Assembly: GCA_902512065.1 (NCBI GenBank)
Contig: CABXHU010000002.1
Span: 88,035-152,034 of the forward strand
Reading direction: 5' to 3'
Length of the DNA: 64,000 nucleotides
Source of the DNA: an uncultured Bacteroidota bacterium
GTDB lineage: Bacteria; Bacteroidota; Bacteroidia; Flavobacteriales; Flavobacteriaceae
Made by a program: the position numbers and the translations under genes
The notes under the pieces: model-generated
The model's input: only the letters and a program-made list of their open reading frames with translations
What the model was told of the DNA's origin: nothing
Database searches by the model: none
In this document: positions 38,669-49,200 of the stretch, piece by piece
Layout of the letters: each line of letters opens with the position of its first letter
Numbering within the stretch: position 1 is the first letter of the stretch

Positions 38669-39154
38669 TTATTGATTTAGGTCTTTGTTTGAAGATATTA
38701 CTTTGCTTTTAAGCTCTTTTTTATATTCCTCGATTTTCTGACTTAATTTATCATTAGTTGTAGCGATTATTTGTGCAGCAAGTATGCCTGCATTTTTCGA
38801 TCCATTAAGCGCTACAGTGCCTACAGGGACTCCATCTGGCATTTGTAAAATTGATAGTATAGAATCCCACCCATCTATTGAATTCCGTGATTTAATTGGG
38901 ACTCCTATAACTGGAAGTGTTGTTATTGAAGCAATCATCCCAGGTAAATGTGCTGCCCCGCCAGCTCCAGCTATAATTACCTTAATTCCTTTTTTCTTAG
39001 CATTCTGAGCATAGTTAAACATTTTTTCAGGTGTTCTATGTGCAGAAACAATTTCTACTTCAGAATTTACTTCAAATTCATTTAATATATCTATTGCATT
39101 TTGCATAACTGGAAGATCACTTTTGCTCCCCATTATAATTCCAACTTCTAGCAT
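38669..39154 (-). CDS. purE: 5-(carboxyamino)imidazole ribonucleotide mutase
   Basis: IIMGSKSDLPVM, VSAHRTP and AGGAAHLPGM motifs. Confidence 0.95.
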   Translation of the reverse strand: MLEVGIIMGSKSDLPVMQNAIDILNEFEVNSEVEIVSAHRTPEKMFNYAQNAKKKGIKVIIAGAGGAAHLPGMIASITTLPVIGVPIKSRNSIDGWDSILSILQMPDGVPVGTVALNGSKNAGILAAQIIATTNDKLSQKIEEYKKELKSKVISSNKDLNQ

Positions 39155-39155
39155 T

Positions 39156-40310
39156 CTATTTTGATGTTACTTTTATTATTTTTCTAATTTCCTTAGATAT
39201 TTCAATTGCATCATTAATATTTTTATTTACAACTGTAATATGCCCCATTTTCCTGTTCAATCTTGATTTTCTTTTACCATATATATGAGGGGTAACCCCT
39301 GAAATCTTCATTATCATATCAATATTTTCATACAATACTTCTCCTTCATTTTTGTTTTCACCTACCAAATTTAACATAATTCCTGGAATTTTAATAGATG
39401 TATCACCAAGTGGTAAATTAAGCACGCTTCTTAAATGTTGCTCAAACTGTGAGGTAAAGCAGCATTCTATTGTGTGATGTCCAGAATTATGTGGTCTTGG
39501 AGCAATTTCATTAATAAGTATTTTATCATCATGAGTTAAAAACATTTCTATAGCTAACAGACCAATATGATCAAGAGACTTGGATAGATTTTTTGCAATA
39601 CGAATTGCATTTTCTTCAATTGACATTGAAATATTAGCAGGACAAATTACTCTTTCAACTAAATTTGATTTAGGATTAAAATCCATTTCAACGACCGGAA
39701 AGCTTGATTCTTGATTTGATTCATTTCTTGAAACAATTACAGAAAGTTCTTTTTTGATCTTTATTTTTTCTTCAACTATGCACTCTACATCTGAAAGGTC
39801 ACTTAGTTCATCTTTATTTTCTACAATTTTAACTCCTTTTCCATCATATCCAAATTGAGTACTTTTCCAAACAAAAGGAAAGGTTAGATTATTTGATGCT
39901 ACATCCTGTTCAATAGATTTTATATTGGAATGAATTTTAAAATTTGAGGTAGGAAGATTATTTTCTTTGTAAAATAGTTTTTGCAGACCCTTGTTTTGAA
40001 TAGTCTTTATATTTTTTGAAGAAGGATAAACTTTTTTCCCTAAACTCTCTAATTTTTCCAATGCATCAGCATTAACATTTTCAATTTCAATTGTTATAAC
40101 ATCTACTTTTTTTCCAAATTCTAATACTGTATCATAGTTCATTAAATCACCTACGAAAAATTCTGATGCAAGCTTGCTGCATGGAGCTTCTTTGCTGGGG
40201 TCAAGTACTATTGCATAGATGTCAAATTTCGCACACTCTGATAGAAGCATTTTACCTAATTGACCTCCACCTAGAATGCCAAGTTTAAAATTAGTAGAGA
40301 AGTACTGCAT
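39156..40310 (-). CDS. purK: 5-(carboxyamino)imidazole ribonucleotide synthase (ATP-grasp)
   Basis: LGILGGGQLGKML and the ATP-grasp core. EIAPRPHNSGH is present, and the gene lies immediately upstream of purE. Confidence 0.9.
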   Translation of the reverse strand: MQYFSTNFKLGILGGGQLGKMLLSECAKFDIYAIVLDPSKEAPCSKLASEFFVGDLMNYDTVLEFGKKVDVITIEIENVNADALEKLESLGKKVYPSSKNIKTIQNKGLQKLFYKENNLPTSNFKIHSNIKSIEQDVASNNLTFPFVWKSTQFGYDGKGVKIVENKDELSDLSDVECIVEEKIKIKKELSVIVSRNESNQESSFPVVEMDFNPKSNLVERVICPANISMSIEENAIRIAKNLSKSLDHIGLLAIEMFLTHDDKILINEIAPRPHNSGHHTIECCFTSQFEQHLRSVLNLPLGDTSIKIPGIMLNLVGENKNEGEVLYENIDMIMKISGVTPHIYGKRKSRLNRKMGHITVVNKNINDAIEISKEIRKIIKVTSK

Positions 40311-40332
40311 TTGTGATTAAATTTAACTAGAG

Positions 40333-40340
40333 CAAAAATA
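40333..40340 (-). promoter_or_regulatory. -7 promoter box (CAAAaaTA on the + strand, TAttTTTG on the - strand) for purK-purE
   Basis: Reverse-complement match to TAnnTTTG, 23 nt upstream of the purK start. Confidence 0.4.
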
Positions 40341-40384
40341 CATTTTAATATTTAATCAATTAGAAATTAACCTATTGATTTGAT

Positions 40385-40392
40385 TATATTTG
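40385..40392 (+). promoter_or_regulatory. -7 promoter box TAtaTTTG upstream of adk
   Basis: TAnnTTTG match, 39 nt upstream of the ATG at 40431. Confidence 0.45.
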
Positions 40393-40430
40393 TCTAATAA
40401 ATCATCTTCATAACAATAAACAGATTATTA

Positions 40431-41003
40431 ATGAAAAATATAGTTTTATTTGGACCTCCAGGAGCTGGTAAAGGAACGCAGGCAGAGATTATTAAAAATT
40501 CTTATAATTTATTTCATATTTCTACTGGTGATGTTTTTAGAAACAACATTAAAAACAACACCCCATTAGGAATACTTGCCAAAGGCTATATGGATAAAGG
40601 GGAATTAGTTCCAGATGATGTAACAATAGAAATGCTTAATAATGAAGTTGTATGTAATTTAGATTCCAATGGATTTATATTTGATGGATTCCCAAGAACT
40701 ACCAGTCAAGCAATAGCTCTAGATAAGTTAATGGATTTAAATAACACAATTATATCTGCAATGATAGCCCTTGAGGTTGAAGATGAAACCCTTATCTCCA
40801 GATTAGTAAAAAGAGGAAAAACTAGCGGTAGATCTGACGATTCTGATGAATCAATTATAAAAAACAGAATAAGTGAGTATTATAAAAAGACATCAATCTT
40901 AAAAGAATATTATCAGCAGAAGGATAGATACTATGGAATTAATGGAGAAGGCCAGGTAAATGATATCAGTTTTAGACTGAAAGAATTAATAGATTCCTTA
41001 TAA
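40431..41003 (+). CDS. adk: Adenylate kinase (short-lid type)
   Basis: P-loop GPPGAGKGTQ, plus ISTGDVFR and DGFPRT. Confidence 0.95.
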   Translation: MKNIVLFGPPGAGKGTQAEIIKNSYNLFHISTGDVFRNNIKNNTPLGILAKGYMDKGELVPDDVTIEMLNNEVVCNLDSNGFIFDGFPRTTSQAIALDKLMDLNNTIISAMIALEVEDETLISRLVKRGKTSGRSDDSDESIIKNRISEYYKKTSILKEYYQQKDRYYGINGEGQVNDISFRLKELIDSL

Positions 41004-41030
41004 TTAATTTAAACATAAAATAATATTGCT

Positions 41031-42029
41031 ATGACAGAAGGTAATTTTGTCGATTATGTAAAAATAAATGTTACTTCTGGAAAAGGAGGAAAGGGCTCGG
41101 TTCATTTAAGAAGAGAAAAATATGTTGCTAAAGGTGGTCCAGACGGTGGAGATGGTGGTAGGGGAGGCCATATAATCATTAGAGCGAATCCAAATTATTG
41201 GACATTATATCACTTAAAGTTTAAAAGGCATTTTAAGGCTGAACAAGGATATGATGGAGGAAAAAGCACAAGTACTGGAGCTGATGGTGCTGATGTATAT
41301 ATTGATGTCCCATTAGGGACTGTTGTTAAAGAGTCAAAAACTCAGAAGAAATTATTTGAAATCACTAATGATGGTGATGAGAAAATTGTATGTCATGGAG
41401 GAAAAGGAGGAAGAGGTAACTGGCATTTTAAATCTTCAACAAATCAAACCCCTAGATATGCCCAATCTGGAATGCCAAATGAAGAAAATCAAATAATATT
41501 AGAATTAAAGGTGCTTGCAGATGTTGGTTTAGTTGGATTTCCGAATGCAGGTAAATCAACATTATTATCTGTAATTACGGATGCTAAGCCAAAAATTGGA
41601 GATTATGAATTTACCACCCTTAAGCCAAATTTAGGAATTGTTAAATACAAAGATTATCAAACATTTGTAATGGCTGATATTCCAGGAATTATTGAAGGTG
41701 CAGCTGAAGGAAAAGGATTAGGTCATTATTTTTTAAGGCATATTGAAAGAAATTCAATTTTACTTTTTTTAATTCCTGCTGATTCAGATGATATTAATTC
41801 CAGCTATAAAATTCTTTTAAATGAACTAAGAAAATATAATCCAGAAATGCTAGACAAAGATAGGCTAATAGCTGTTACTAAATCTGATTTATTAGATGAA
41901 GAGTTAAGACGTGATATTTCTTTAGAATTAGACAAGGATCTGGATATTGATTATATTTTTATATCGTCTGTAGCTAATAATGGAATTTCTGAGTTAAAGG
42001 ATAGGCTATGGAATTTGCTAAATGATTAG
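41031..42029 (+). CDS. obg: GTPase Obg/CgtA
   Basis: Obg fold with the GGDGGRGG glycine-rich region. G-domain motifs GFPNAGKST and DIPG are present. Confidence 0.95.
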   Translation: MTEGNFVDYVKINVTSGKGGKGSVHLRREKYVAKGGPDGGDGGRGGHIIIRANPNYWTLYHLKFKRHFKAEQGYDGGKSTSTGADGADVYIDVPLGTVVKESKTQKKLFEITNDGDEKIVCHGGKGGRGNWHFKSSTNQTPRYAQSGMPNEENQIILELKVLADVGLVGFPNAGKSTLLSVITDAKPKIGDYEFTTLKPNLGIVKYKDYQTFVMADIPGIIEGAAEGKGLGHYFLRHIERNSILLFLIPADSDDINSSYKILLNELRKYNPEMLDKDRLIAVTKSDLLDEELRRDISLELDKDLDIDYIFISSVANNGISELKDRLWNLLND

Positions 42030-42044
42030 TTGAACATTATTAAT

Positions 42045-42941
42045 ATGAGCTTGTACAAGATTTTACTATTTTTTTTGCTAATAATTAATCTTCATTTTCA
42101 AGAATATGAAATAGATTCTTTAATTGAAAACAAGCATTACATAGCTGCTGAAAAAGCTATTATAAATTCTATACAACAAAATGAAAATGATGAATTGCTA
42201 ATAAAAAAACTAGGAGATTGTTATGGTTATATGAGAGATTGGGATAAAGCAATTATACAATATGAAAAGTTGGTAGAAATAGACAATAATAATGCCACAT
42301 ACAACTATAAGCTTGGAGGAACTTTAGCTGCTAAGGCGAATGACACTAACAAATTTAAATCTCTAGCTTTAATTAATAAGGCAAAAAAATATTTAATCAA
42401 ATCTGTTGAGATAGATAAGAAAAATAAGCCAGCAAGATGGGCATTAATTCAAATATTTACAGAATTACCTCAGTTTTTAGGAGGTAGTAAATCAATTGCT
42501 TTGCAATATGCTAATGAATTAGAAGAGATGTCTCTAATAGATGGATTATTTGCTAAGAAATATATTTATGATTTTAAAGATGATAATAAGATGTCAAAAA
42601 TATTCAACACGCAAATATTGGAAAAGCTAGAAAGCTTCAATGCACAATATGATTACAATTATTTAAACTATAGTATTGGAAGTTTTTGTGAAGCAAATAA
42701 ATCTAATTTAGATAAGGGGATATTATATTTAAAATATTATATAGAAAATTTTACCTCAAGAGACAGGTCTACACCTGACCAAGCATTTTATTTGCTTGCA
42801 AAAATATATTATTACAATAATGATTTTTCTAATGCAAAAGCGCAGCTAGATAATGCAATTTCTTATTATAATTCTAATCAAATTGACAATCAAAGTGTGT
42901 ACAGAGAAATGATAATGTTAAAAAAAAATCTTGATAAATGA
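42045..42941 (+). CDS. TPR-like repeat protein with N-terminal signal/anchor
   Basis: The ORF track starts at TTG 42030. I prefer ATG 42045 (MSLYKILLFFLLI). The body has TPR-like helical repeats (GDCYGYMRDWDKAIIQYEKLVEID). The stop overlaps the mpl start (ATGA). Confidence 0.65.
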   Translation: MSLYKILLFFLLIINLHFQEYEIDSLIENKHYIAAEKAIINSIQQNENDELLIKKLGDCYGYMRDWDKAIIQYEKLVEIDNNNATYNYKLGGTLAAKANDTNKFKSLALINKAKKYLIKSVEIDKKNKPARWALIQIFTELPQFLGGSKSIALQYANELEEMSLIDGLFAKKYIYDFKDDNKMSKIFNTQILEKLESFNAQYDYNYLNYSIGSFCEANKSNLDKGILYLKYYIENFTSRDRSTPDQAFYLLAKIYYYNNDFSNAKAQLDNAISYYNSNQIDNQSVYREMIMLKKNLDK

Positions 42942-44293
42942 GAGTTCATTTTATAGCAATAGGCGGCGCTGCTATGCATAACTTGGCTATAGCATTAAAA
43001 AACAAAAACTATAATGTATCAGGAAGTGATGATGTAATTAATGATCCTTCAAAATCAAGATTAGACAAGCATGGTTTATTGCCTGAAAAATTTGGATGGA
43101 ACACAAAAAATATTTCTAAGGATTTAGATGCTGTTATTCTAGGAATGCATGCTAAATCTGATAACCCTGAGTTATTAAAAGCCAAGGAATTAGGAATTAA
43201 AATATTTTCATATCCTGAGTTTATATATAACCAGTCAACTGAAAAATTTAGAGTAGTAATAGGAGGGAGCCATGGTAAAACTACTATTACATCTATGATT
43301 CTTCATGTGATGAACTTTAGTAATATTGATGTGGATTACATGGTTGGAGCTCAATTAAAAGGCTTTGAAGTAATGGTTAAAATAACTGAAAAGAATAAAT
43401 TTATTGTATTAGAAGGAGACGAATATCTAACCTCTCCTTTAGATTTAAGACCAAAATTTCATTTATATAAACCTGACTTAGCTTTAATAAGCGGTATAGC
43501 GTGGGATCATATTAACGTTTTTCCAACTTATGATGTTTACTTAGATCAGTTTAGGATTTTTATTGATTCAATTAATGACAACGGCACATTGGTTTATAAT
43601 ACAGATGATGTTGATTTAGTCAATATGGTAAATGAATCCACTAACCAAATTTCTATCATTCCATATAGTATTCCAGATTATTCAGTAAAAAATAATGTTA
43701 CATATCTTCATTTAGGTGATAAAAAAATTCCTTTAATGATTTTTGGAGAACATAATCTTAGCAATTTAATGGGAGCTAAGTTTATTTGTGGACAAATGGG
43801 AGTTTCTGAAGAGAAATTCTATAATGCAATAAAATCATTTGATGGAGCAAGTAATAGATTAGAATTAATATGCAAAAACTCTAATTCAGTCGCATATAAA
43901 GATTTTGCACACTCACCAAGTAAGGTTCAGGCAACTACATCTGCTGTAAAAAGTCAAAATTCTGACAAGAAAATAATAGCGTGCTTTGAATTGCATACCT
44001 ATAGCAGTTTAAATATTGATTTCATTAAACAATATGAAAATGCATTAGATTCTGCAGATGAAGCTATAATTTTTTATTCAAAAAAGGCGCTTAAATTAAA
44101 AAAAATGAAACCTCTTGTTAATGATGAAATTTCTGCGGCTTTTAAGCATAAGAATTTAAAAATTATAAGTAATTCAGATGATTTAGTTGCTTATTTGTCA
44201 TCAATGAAATTTTATAATTTAGCTTTACTATTGATGAGTTCAGGAAAATTTGAAGGTATTGATTTTGAATTCATAAAGGAACGTATTAAATAA
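42938..44293 (+). CDS. mpl: Mur ligase family, UDP-N-acetylmuramate:tripeptide ligase (Mpl)-like
   Basis: The MurC/Mpl-type N-terminus HFIAIGGAAMHNLAIAL and the ATP site GGSHGKTTITSM are present. Size is 451 aa. Confidence 0.7.
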   Translation: MRVHFIAIGGAAMHNLAIALKNKNYNVSGSDDVINDPSKSRLDKHGLLPEKFGWNTKNISKDLDAVILGMHAKSDNPELLKAKELGIKIFSYPEFIYNQSTEKFRVVIGGSHGKTTITSMILHVMNFSNIDVDYMVGAQLKGFEVMVKITEKNKFIVLEGDEYLTSPLDLRPKFHLYKPDLALISGIAWDHINVFPTYDVYLDQFRIFIDSINDNGTLVYNTDDVDLVNMVNESTNQISIIPYSIPDYSVKNNVTYLHLGDKKIPLMIFGEHNLSNLMGAKFICGQMGVSEEKFYNAIKSFDGASNRLELICKNSNSVAYKDFAHSPSKVQATTSAVKSQNSDKKIIACFELHTYSSLNIDFIKQYENALDSADEAIIFYSKKALKLKKMKPLVNDEISAAFKHKNLKIISNSDDLVAYLSSMKFYNLALLLMSSGKFEGIDFEFIKERIK

Positions 44294-44299
44294 GATTAT

Positions 44300-44989
44300 A
44301 TGGATATAAGTAAAATATCAGATATATTTTTTGATTTAGATCATACTCTTTGGGATTTTGACAAGAATTCTAATTTAACTTTTATAAAGATCTTTCAACT
44401 CAATAAATTAAATATTAGCATTGAGAATTTTCTTAAAGCATATCATCCTATAAATAATAATTATTGGAGTCTTTATAGAGAAAACAAAATTTCAAAAGAA
44501 AAATTAAGGTTTTATCGTTTGTCGGATACATTCAATAAGCTTAGCATTAAGGTTGATGATAAGATGGTCAACAAGCTTTCTGTCGACTATATAGATCATC
44601 TGTCTACTTTCAACCATATGATTCCTGGAACAATTGATCTCTTAGAATATTTAAGTAATAGATATCAAATGCATATTATTACTAATGGTTTTAAAGAAGT
44701 TCAGAAGAAGAAATTAGAGAAATCAAAAATCATTAAATATTTTAATACTATTACAATTTCAGAAGAGGTGGGATATAAGAAGCCAAATCCAATAATTTTT
44801 AATTACGCCTTGAAAAAGGCAGCTACAACAAGCAATAGTTCTCTTATGATAGGCGATAGTTACCAGGCTGATATATTAGGAGCGATTAATGTAGGGTTAA
44901 ATGCAATTTTATTTAATTATCATAATATTACTCCAGGAAAAGGCATTATATCAGTTAATTGCTTGTCTGAGCTAAAATCCTATATATGA
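44300..44989 (+). CDS. HAD-superfamily hydrolase (YjjG-like nucleotidase family)
   Basis: HAD motif I FFDLDHTLWDF, motif II ITNG and motif IV MIGDSYQADILGA. Confidence 0.75.
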   Translation: MDISKISDIFFDLDHTLWDFDKNSNLTFIKIFQLNKLNISIENFLKAYHPINNNYWSLYRENKISKEKLRFYRLSDTFNKLSIKVDDKMVNKLSVDYIDHLSTFNHMIPGTIDLLEYLSNRYQMHIITNGFKEVQKKKLEKSKIIKYFNTITISEEVGYKKPNPIIFNYALKKAATTSNSSLMIGDSYQADILGAINVGLNAILFNYHNITPGKGIISVNCLSELKSYI

Positions 44990-44997
44990 TAGTTGGT

Positions 44998-45732
44998 TTA
45001 TATTCTCTGTCTTACAACTTCGTATAGCAAAATACCACACGCAACAGAGACATTCAATGATTCAATTTTACCAAACATAGGAAGTTTAACCTGCTCATCT
45101 GATAATTTAAGTATAGATGAGGCAATACCTCTTTCTTCTGATCCCATAATCAATGCAATAGATTTTTTTAATGCTACATCATATATAGTCTTATCAGACC
45201 TCTCATTAGCAGCAACAACCATTATTTCAGAAGACTTTAGATGGTAAATAGCATCTTTTATGTGACTTACTTTACATATTGGGACATTAAATACAGCGCC
45301 TGCACTTGTTTTTACCGTATCTGCAGTAATTGGAGCAGATGATTGATTTTGAATTATAATTGCATCTACTCCTGAAACTTCAGCAGTCCTTATAATTGCT
45401 CCAAAATTTCTTACATCACTAATTTGATCAAGAATTAGTACTAATGCATCCTTTTTCCCTTCTATTTTTTCCATAATTTCATTAAGCTCATAAAACTTAA
45501 TTGGCGAAATTCTTGCAATTACTCCTTGATGATTCTTTTTTGAAAGCTTATTTAGTTTTTGTGATGGAACATAAGAAGATTTTAGTTTGTTTTGTCTTAT
45601 TAGTGCTTCTAGCTCATTAATTAGACCTCCTTTTAGCCCAATTTGAATAAAAATTTTATCTATTGTTTTCTCTCCTGATTTTATTGCTTCAATAACTGTT
45701 CTAATTCCGTAAATATCTAATGTTTTATCCAT
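44998..45732 (-). CDS. rlmB: 23S rRNA 2'-O-ribose methyltransferase, SpoU/TrmH family (RlmB-like)
   Basis: SpoU substrate-binding N-domain plus NFGAIIRTAE, IMGSEERG and ESLNVSVA motifs. Confidence 0.8.
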   Translation of the reverse strand: MDKTLDIYGIRTVIEAIKSGEKTIDKIFIQIGLKGGLINELEALIRQNKLKSSYVPSQKLNKLSKKNHQGVIARISPIKFYELNEIMEKIEGKKDALVLILDQISDVRNFGAIIRTAEVSGVDAIIIQNQSSAPITADTVKTSAGAVFNVPICKVSHIKDAIYHLKSSEIMVVAANERSDKTIYDVALKKSIALIMGSEERGIASSILKLSDEQVKLPMFGKIESLNVSVACGILLYEVVRQRI

Positions 45733-45799
45733 TTATTTTTAACTTTTATCCGTTATACACTGTACTATTAAATATATTATAGATTATAGTATAGAGTAA

Positions 45800-48700
45800 T
45801 TATTTATTATCATTTATTCTAAAAACTTCAGAATTACCATTATTATTTGCAATTATAAGCATAGGATTTTTCTTTCCTACTATTTTAATTGATTTTGTAT
45901 TACCATTTGTATATAATCCTGTCTTTTCTGGCCCTATCGCTTTATAATTGTTTGTTTTATTTGAGAGCAGTACAATTGCAAATTGATTGTCTAGTCTAGG
46001 CGTTTCAACTTCAGTATTATATATGTTTCCTCCGATAATTATATCTTCGTAACCATCTTTGTTAATATCATATGTTTGACTTGATAGAATAGGTATAGTT
46101 TGTGCAAGTTCTGGAAGTTTATTTACTTGGAATGTCATATCTCCATTATTTACTAGTAGAATTGAAGAAAATTCGGTTACTTTTTTCTGATATGCTGTTG
46201 TTACTACTTCTCCATATATATCTTCAATACTTGCTGTCGCAAATTCATCAAATGTTGGTATTTTCTCACCTATAAATGGCATTTGTTGAGTTGAGCACTC
46301 TTTGCCTCTCAATGGTACATATTCATTTTTATACTCATAACTTAATACCAGATCATGTGTTCCATTTTCATCAAAATCATCTGCAAATACTTTTAATGGT
46401 TTTGATTGATTTGTTTTATATTTTGAGTTTGTACCAATATTCCCAACTATATAGTCTTTATATCCATCATTATTTACATCTGTTTCTTGTATGTTATACC
46501 ACCATCCATAGATTTTATCTAGTCCATTTTCTATTGAAATATTTTTAAATTTTCCCTTATTATTTATAAATACACCAATATTGGTCCATTCACCAACACA
46601 TATAAAATCTTCCCATCCATCATTGTTTATATCTGTTGTAATCACTTTATTGACAATACCAAAATTTTCAAACTCAGCAGCTATTTTATAGGTTACATTT
46701 TTGAATACTCCATTAACATTCTCATATATTATTGATGGCTCATATAATGGATATTTTTGAGGTATTATTCTATTACCCACAATTAAATCAATATCTCCAT
46801 CTTTATCATAATCAATTTTAGAGACTGACTTTCCACTGATAGTATAATCTGATAACTCAGGCTGTTTGTCTTTGGTGAAATTGCCATTTCCATCATTTAA
46901 ATAAATTCTGTCTTGAAGTAAATTAGATCTATTATTAAATTCATTTCCTCCACTTACCACATATAAATCTAGGTCATTATCATTATCTATATCAATAAAA
47001 ATAGATTCCATGTCTTCATATTTTCTGTCTTCAACAAAGGAGCTAATAATTTTATTTTCAAACCTGTTATTTCTCTGAATAAATAATTGTCCTGGCTGCC
47101 CAGAAGATCCTCCAATGAAAATATCATCTAAATCATCGTTATTTACATCACCTGATGAAATTGATGGTCCTAATGTAGATTGTTTGTAGGGTAGAAGTAT
47201 TTCCTTTTTAAAATCGTCAAAATCATTTTCAATATTCTTGTAGTTTATCCCTGTTGAATTAGTTTTGTTGAACCAGTAATTGGTTTGTTGAGCTGTATAG
47301 ACTTCTTTAGATGCATTTTTTTCAAACACATTAATTGTTTGATTTACTCCTACATTAGAGATTTTTTCTTTTTTACCAGAAGTCCATTCAACTATAATTG
47401 AATCTATATTTTTGTTATTTCCAATACCAAAATGCACGTCATTATCTACTGCTGACAGGTATCCTCTAACTCTTTTGGATTCTTTTGTTTTTACAATATC
47501 ATTGTATTTTATAGTTATTTTAGCAAAATTTTCTGATACATTTCCTTTAGGAATTATTTTTATATAGTTTCCTAAATTTTTCTCTATAGACGTATTTTTA
47601 TAGATAAAGGCCTCTTGATCAATATTATTAATTATAAGATCTTGATCTCCATCATTATCTAGATCAGAATATACTGCTCCATTAGAGAAGGTAGGCTCAT
47701 TTAGATCTGAGTATTTTGATATGTTTTTAAAATTTAAGTTCCCAGAGTTTTTATAAAGAATATTTGGTAGTTTTTCTGAAGGAAGCTTTTCGTATAATTG
47801 TTCTTTGATTTCAAGTGGTACTTTTCCATTATATAATCTTTTTGTCTGATTTATTTTAATTCTTGAATCATTATCAGAACCATACCTTCTATATCCATTG
47901 GTAACTAAAATATCCTCATATCCATCATTATCATGATCAAATATAAGTCCAGCCCAGCTCCAATCAGTTTTAGCTAGTTTTGAATGCTGTGCAATATTAT
48001 GATAATTATTATTACCTAGATTAAGCTGAAGAGAATTAAACATGTATTGATAGTGTAAACCTAATTTATTAGTTATTAGCTCAAAGTTAGATGTACTCAT
48101 TGAGGCCATAAGTGTTTTTGACCTAACATGATCACTTGACGCCATATCTAGCACATATATATCCTTTAGGTTATCATTGTTGATATCTGCAATATCTACA
48201 CCCATCCCATAAAATGATATTTGTTTTGTAGCGCTCTTTATCTTATCTGTAAATGTGCCATCACCATTATTAATATACATTGCATCAGGGACATAGTAAT
48301 CATTAGCTATATATACATCTAACCAGTTATCATTATTTAAATCACTAACACATAGTCCAAGACCAAAACTTGGCTTCAGCAGGCCTGCTTTTTCAGTTAT
48401 GTCAATAAATTTCCCATCAATTTGTTCATATAGGTGAGAAGAATTTTCTTTTAAAAGCTCTTTATTTTGAAATAATTTGTAAAATCTTGCAGGATCTAGG
48501 CCATAATAATCATTTTCATTCATTACAATACAATCTAGGTCTCCATCTTTATCATAGTCAAAGAATGCTGACTGAGTACTTATACCAGTATCAGCTAGCC
48601 CATATTCTGTAGCTTTTTCCTTAAAAGTTAGATCTCCCTGATTTATTAGAAGTAAATTTTTTCGTTTCCCTTTTTGATAAGGACCTCCTTGTGAAACATA

Positions 48701-49114
48701 TATATCTATCCAGCCATCTTGATTTATGTCTGCAAATGTAACCCCGCTTGACCAGGCTTTATTTGTATTTATATTACTTGTTTGGGTGATATCTTCAAAA
48801 GTTAGGTTGCCTTTATTCAAATAAAGCCTATTATTAGCTTGATTTGCGCACAAAAAGACGTCTTTTAAGCCATCATTGTTAATATCTGCTATTCCGACAC
48901 CAGAACCATTATAAAAGTAGTCATAATCGAATAAATTTGATTTTGAAGCTAAATTATGTTCAATTCTATTGATAAAACTGATTCCACTAGAAGAACTGGG
49001 AACTTTCTCGTAGTTATTATATTTTTCAAATGTACTATCAGTACTACCTGTATTGTTTTCACAGGTATAAAGAAGAATGATTAGTATAAATAGTATCCCG
49101 TTTTTAGTTCTCAT
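45800..49114 (-). CDS. FG-GAP/VCBS repeat lipoprotein with ASPIC/UnbV-like domain (CRTAC1 family)
   Basis: Lipobox LLYTCEN. Many D-x-[DN]-x-D-G-x-x-D calcium-type FG-GAP repeats are present (DINNDGLKD, DINQDGWID, DYDKDGDLD, DLDNDGDQD and others). The central block GRVRGYLSAVDNDVHFGIG resembles ASPIC/UnbV. Confidence 0.8.
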   Translation of the reverse strand: MRTKNGILFILIILLYTCENNTGSTDSTFEKYNNYEKVPSSSSGISFINRIEHNLASKSNLFDYDYFYNGSGVGIADINNDGLKDVFLCANQANNRLYLNKGNLTFEDITQTSNINTNKAWSSGVTFADINQDGWIDIYVSQGGPYQKGKRKNLLLINQGDLTFKEKATEYGLADTGISTQSAFFDYDKDGDLDCIVMNENDYYGLDPARFYKLFQNKELLKENSSHLYEQIDGKFIDITEKAGLLKPSFGLGLCVSDLNNDNWLDVYIANDYYVPDAMYINNGDGTFTDKIKSATKQISFYGMGVDIADINNDNLKDIYVLDMASSDHVRSKTLMASMSTSNFELITNKLGLHYQYMFNSLQLNLGNNNYHNIAQHSKLAKTDWSWAGLIFDHDNDGYEDILVTNGYRRYGSDNDSRIKINQTKRLYNGKVPLEIKEQLYEKLPSEKLPNILYKNSGNLNFKNISKYSDLNEPTFSNGAVYSDLDNDGDQDLIINNIDQEAFIYKNTSIEKNLGNYIKIIPKGNVSENFAKITIKYNDIVKTKESKRVRGYLSAVDNDVHFGIGNNKNIDSIIVEWTSGKKEKISNVGVNQTINVFEKNASKEVYTAQQTNYWFNKTNSTGINYKNIENDFDDFKKEILLPYKQSTLGPSISSGDVNNDDLDDIFIGGSSGQPGQLFIQRNNRFENKIISSFVEDRKYEDMESIFIDIDNDNDLDLYVVSGGNEFNNRSNLLQDRIYLNDGNGNFTKDKQPELSDYTISGKSVSKIDYDKDGDIDLIVGNRIIPQKYPLYEPSIIYENVNGVFKNVTYKIAAEFENFGIVNKVITTDINNDGWEDFICVGEWTNIGVFINNKGKFKNISIENGLDKIYGWWYNIQETDVNNDGYKDYIVGNIGTNSKYKTNQSKPLKVFADDFDENGTHDLVLSYEYKNEYVPLRGKECSTQQMPFIGEKIPTFDEFATASIEDIYGEVVTTAYQKKVTEFSSILLVNNGDMTFQVNKLPELAQTIPILSSQTYDINKDGYEDIIIGGNIYNTEVETPRLDNQFAIVLLSNKTNNYKAIGPEKTGLYTNGNTKSIKIVGKKNPMLIIANNNGNSEVFRINDNK

Positions 49115-49140
49115 TATCTGATTTTATTAGGGATAAAGAT

Positions 49141-49179
49141 AAAAAAAAGAGCCTTATTAAAAATAAAGCTCTTTTTTTT
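49141..49179 (-). terminator. Rho-independent terminator ending the SusC-SusD-lipoprotein transcription unit
   Basis: AAGAGCcTTAT-loop-ATAAaGCTCTT hairpin flanked by A8/T8 runs, 22 nt past the stop at 49201. Confidence 0.6.
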
Positions 49180-49200
49180 ATTTAATCAGTTACTCTATAA

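Noticed and set aside
44993-45247. 84-aa plus-strand ORF overlapping the 3' end of rlmB
   Set aside because: It is entirely antisense to the SpoU-methyltransferase gene, whose conserved motifs are encoded in that same stretch.
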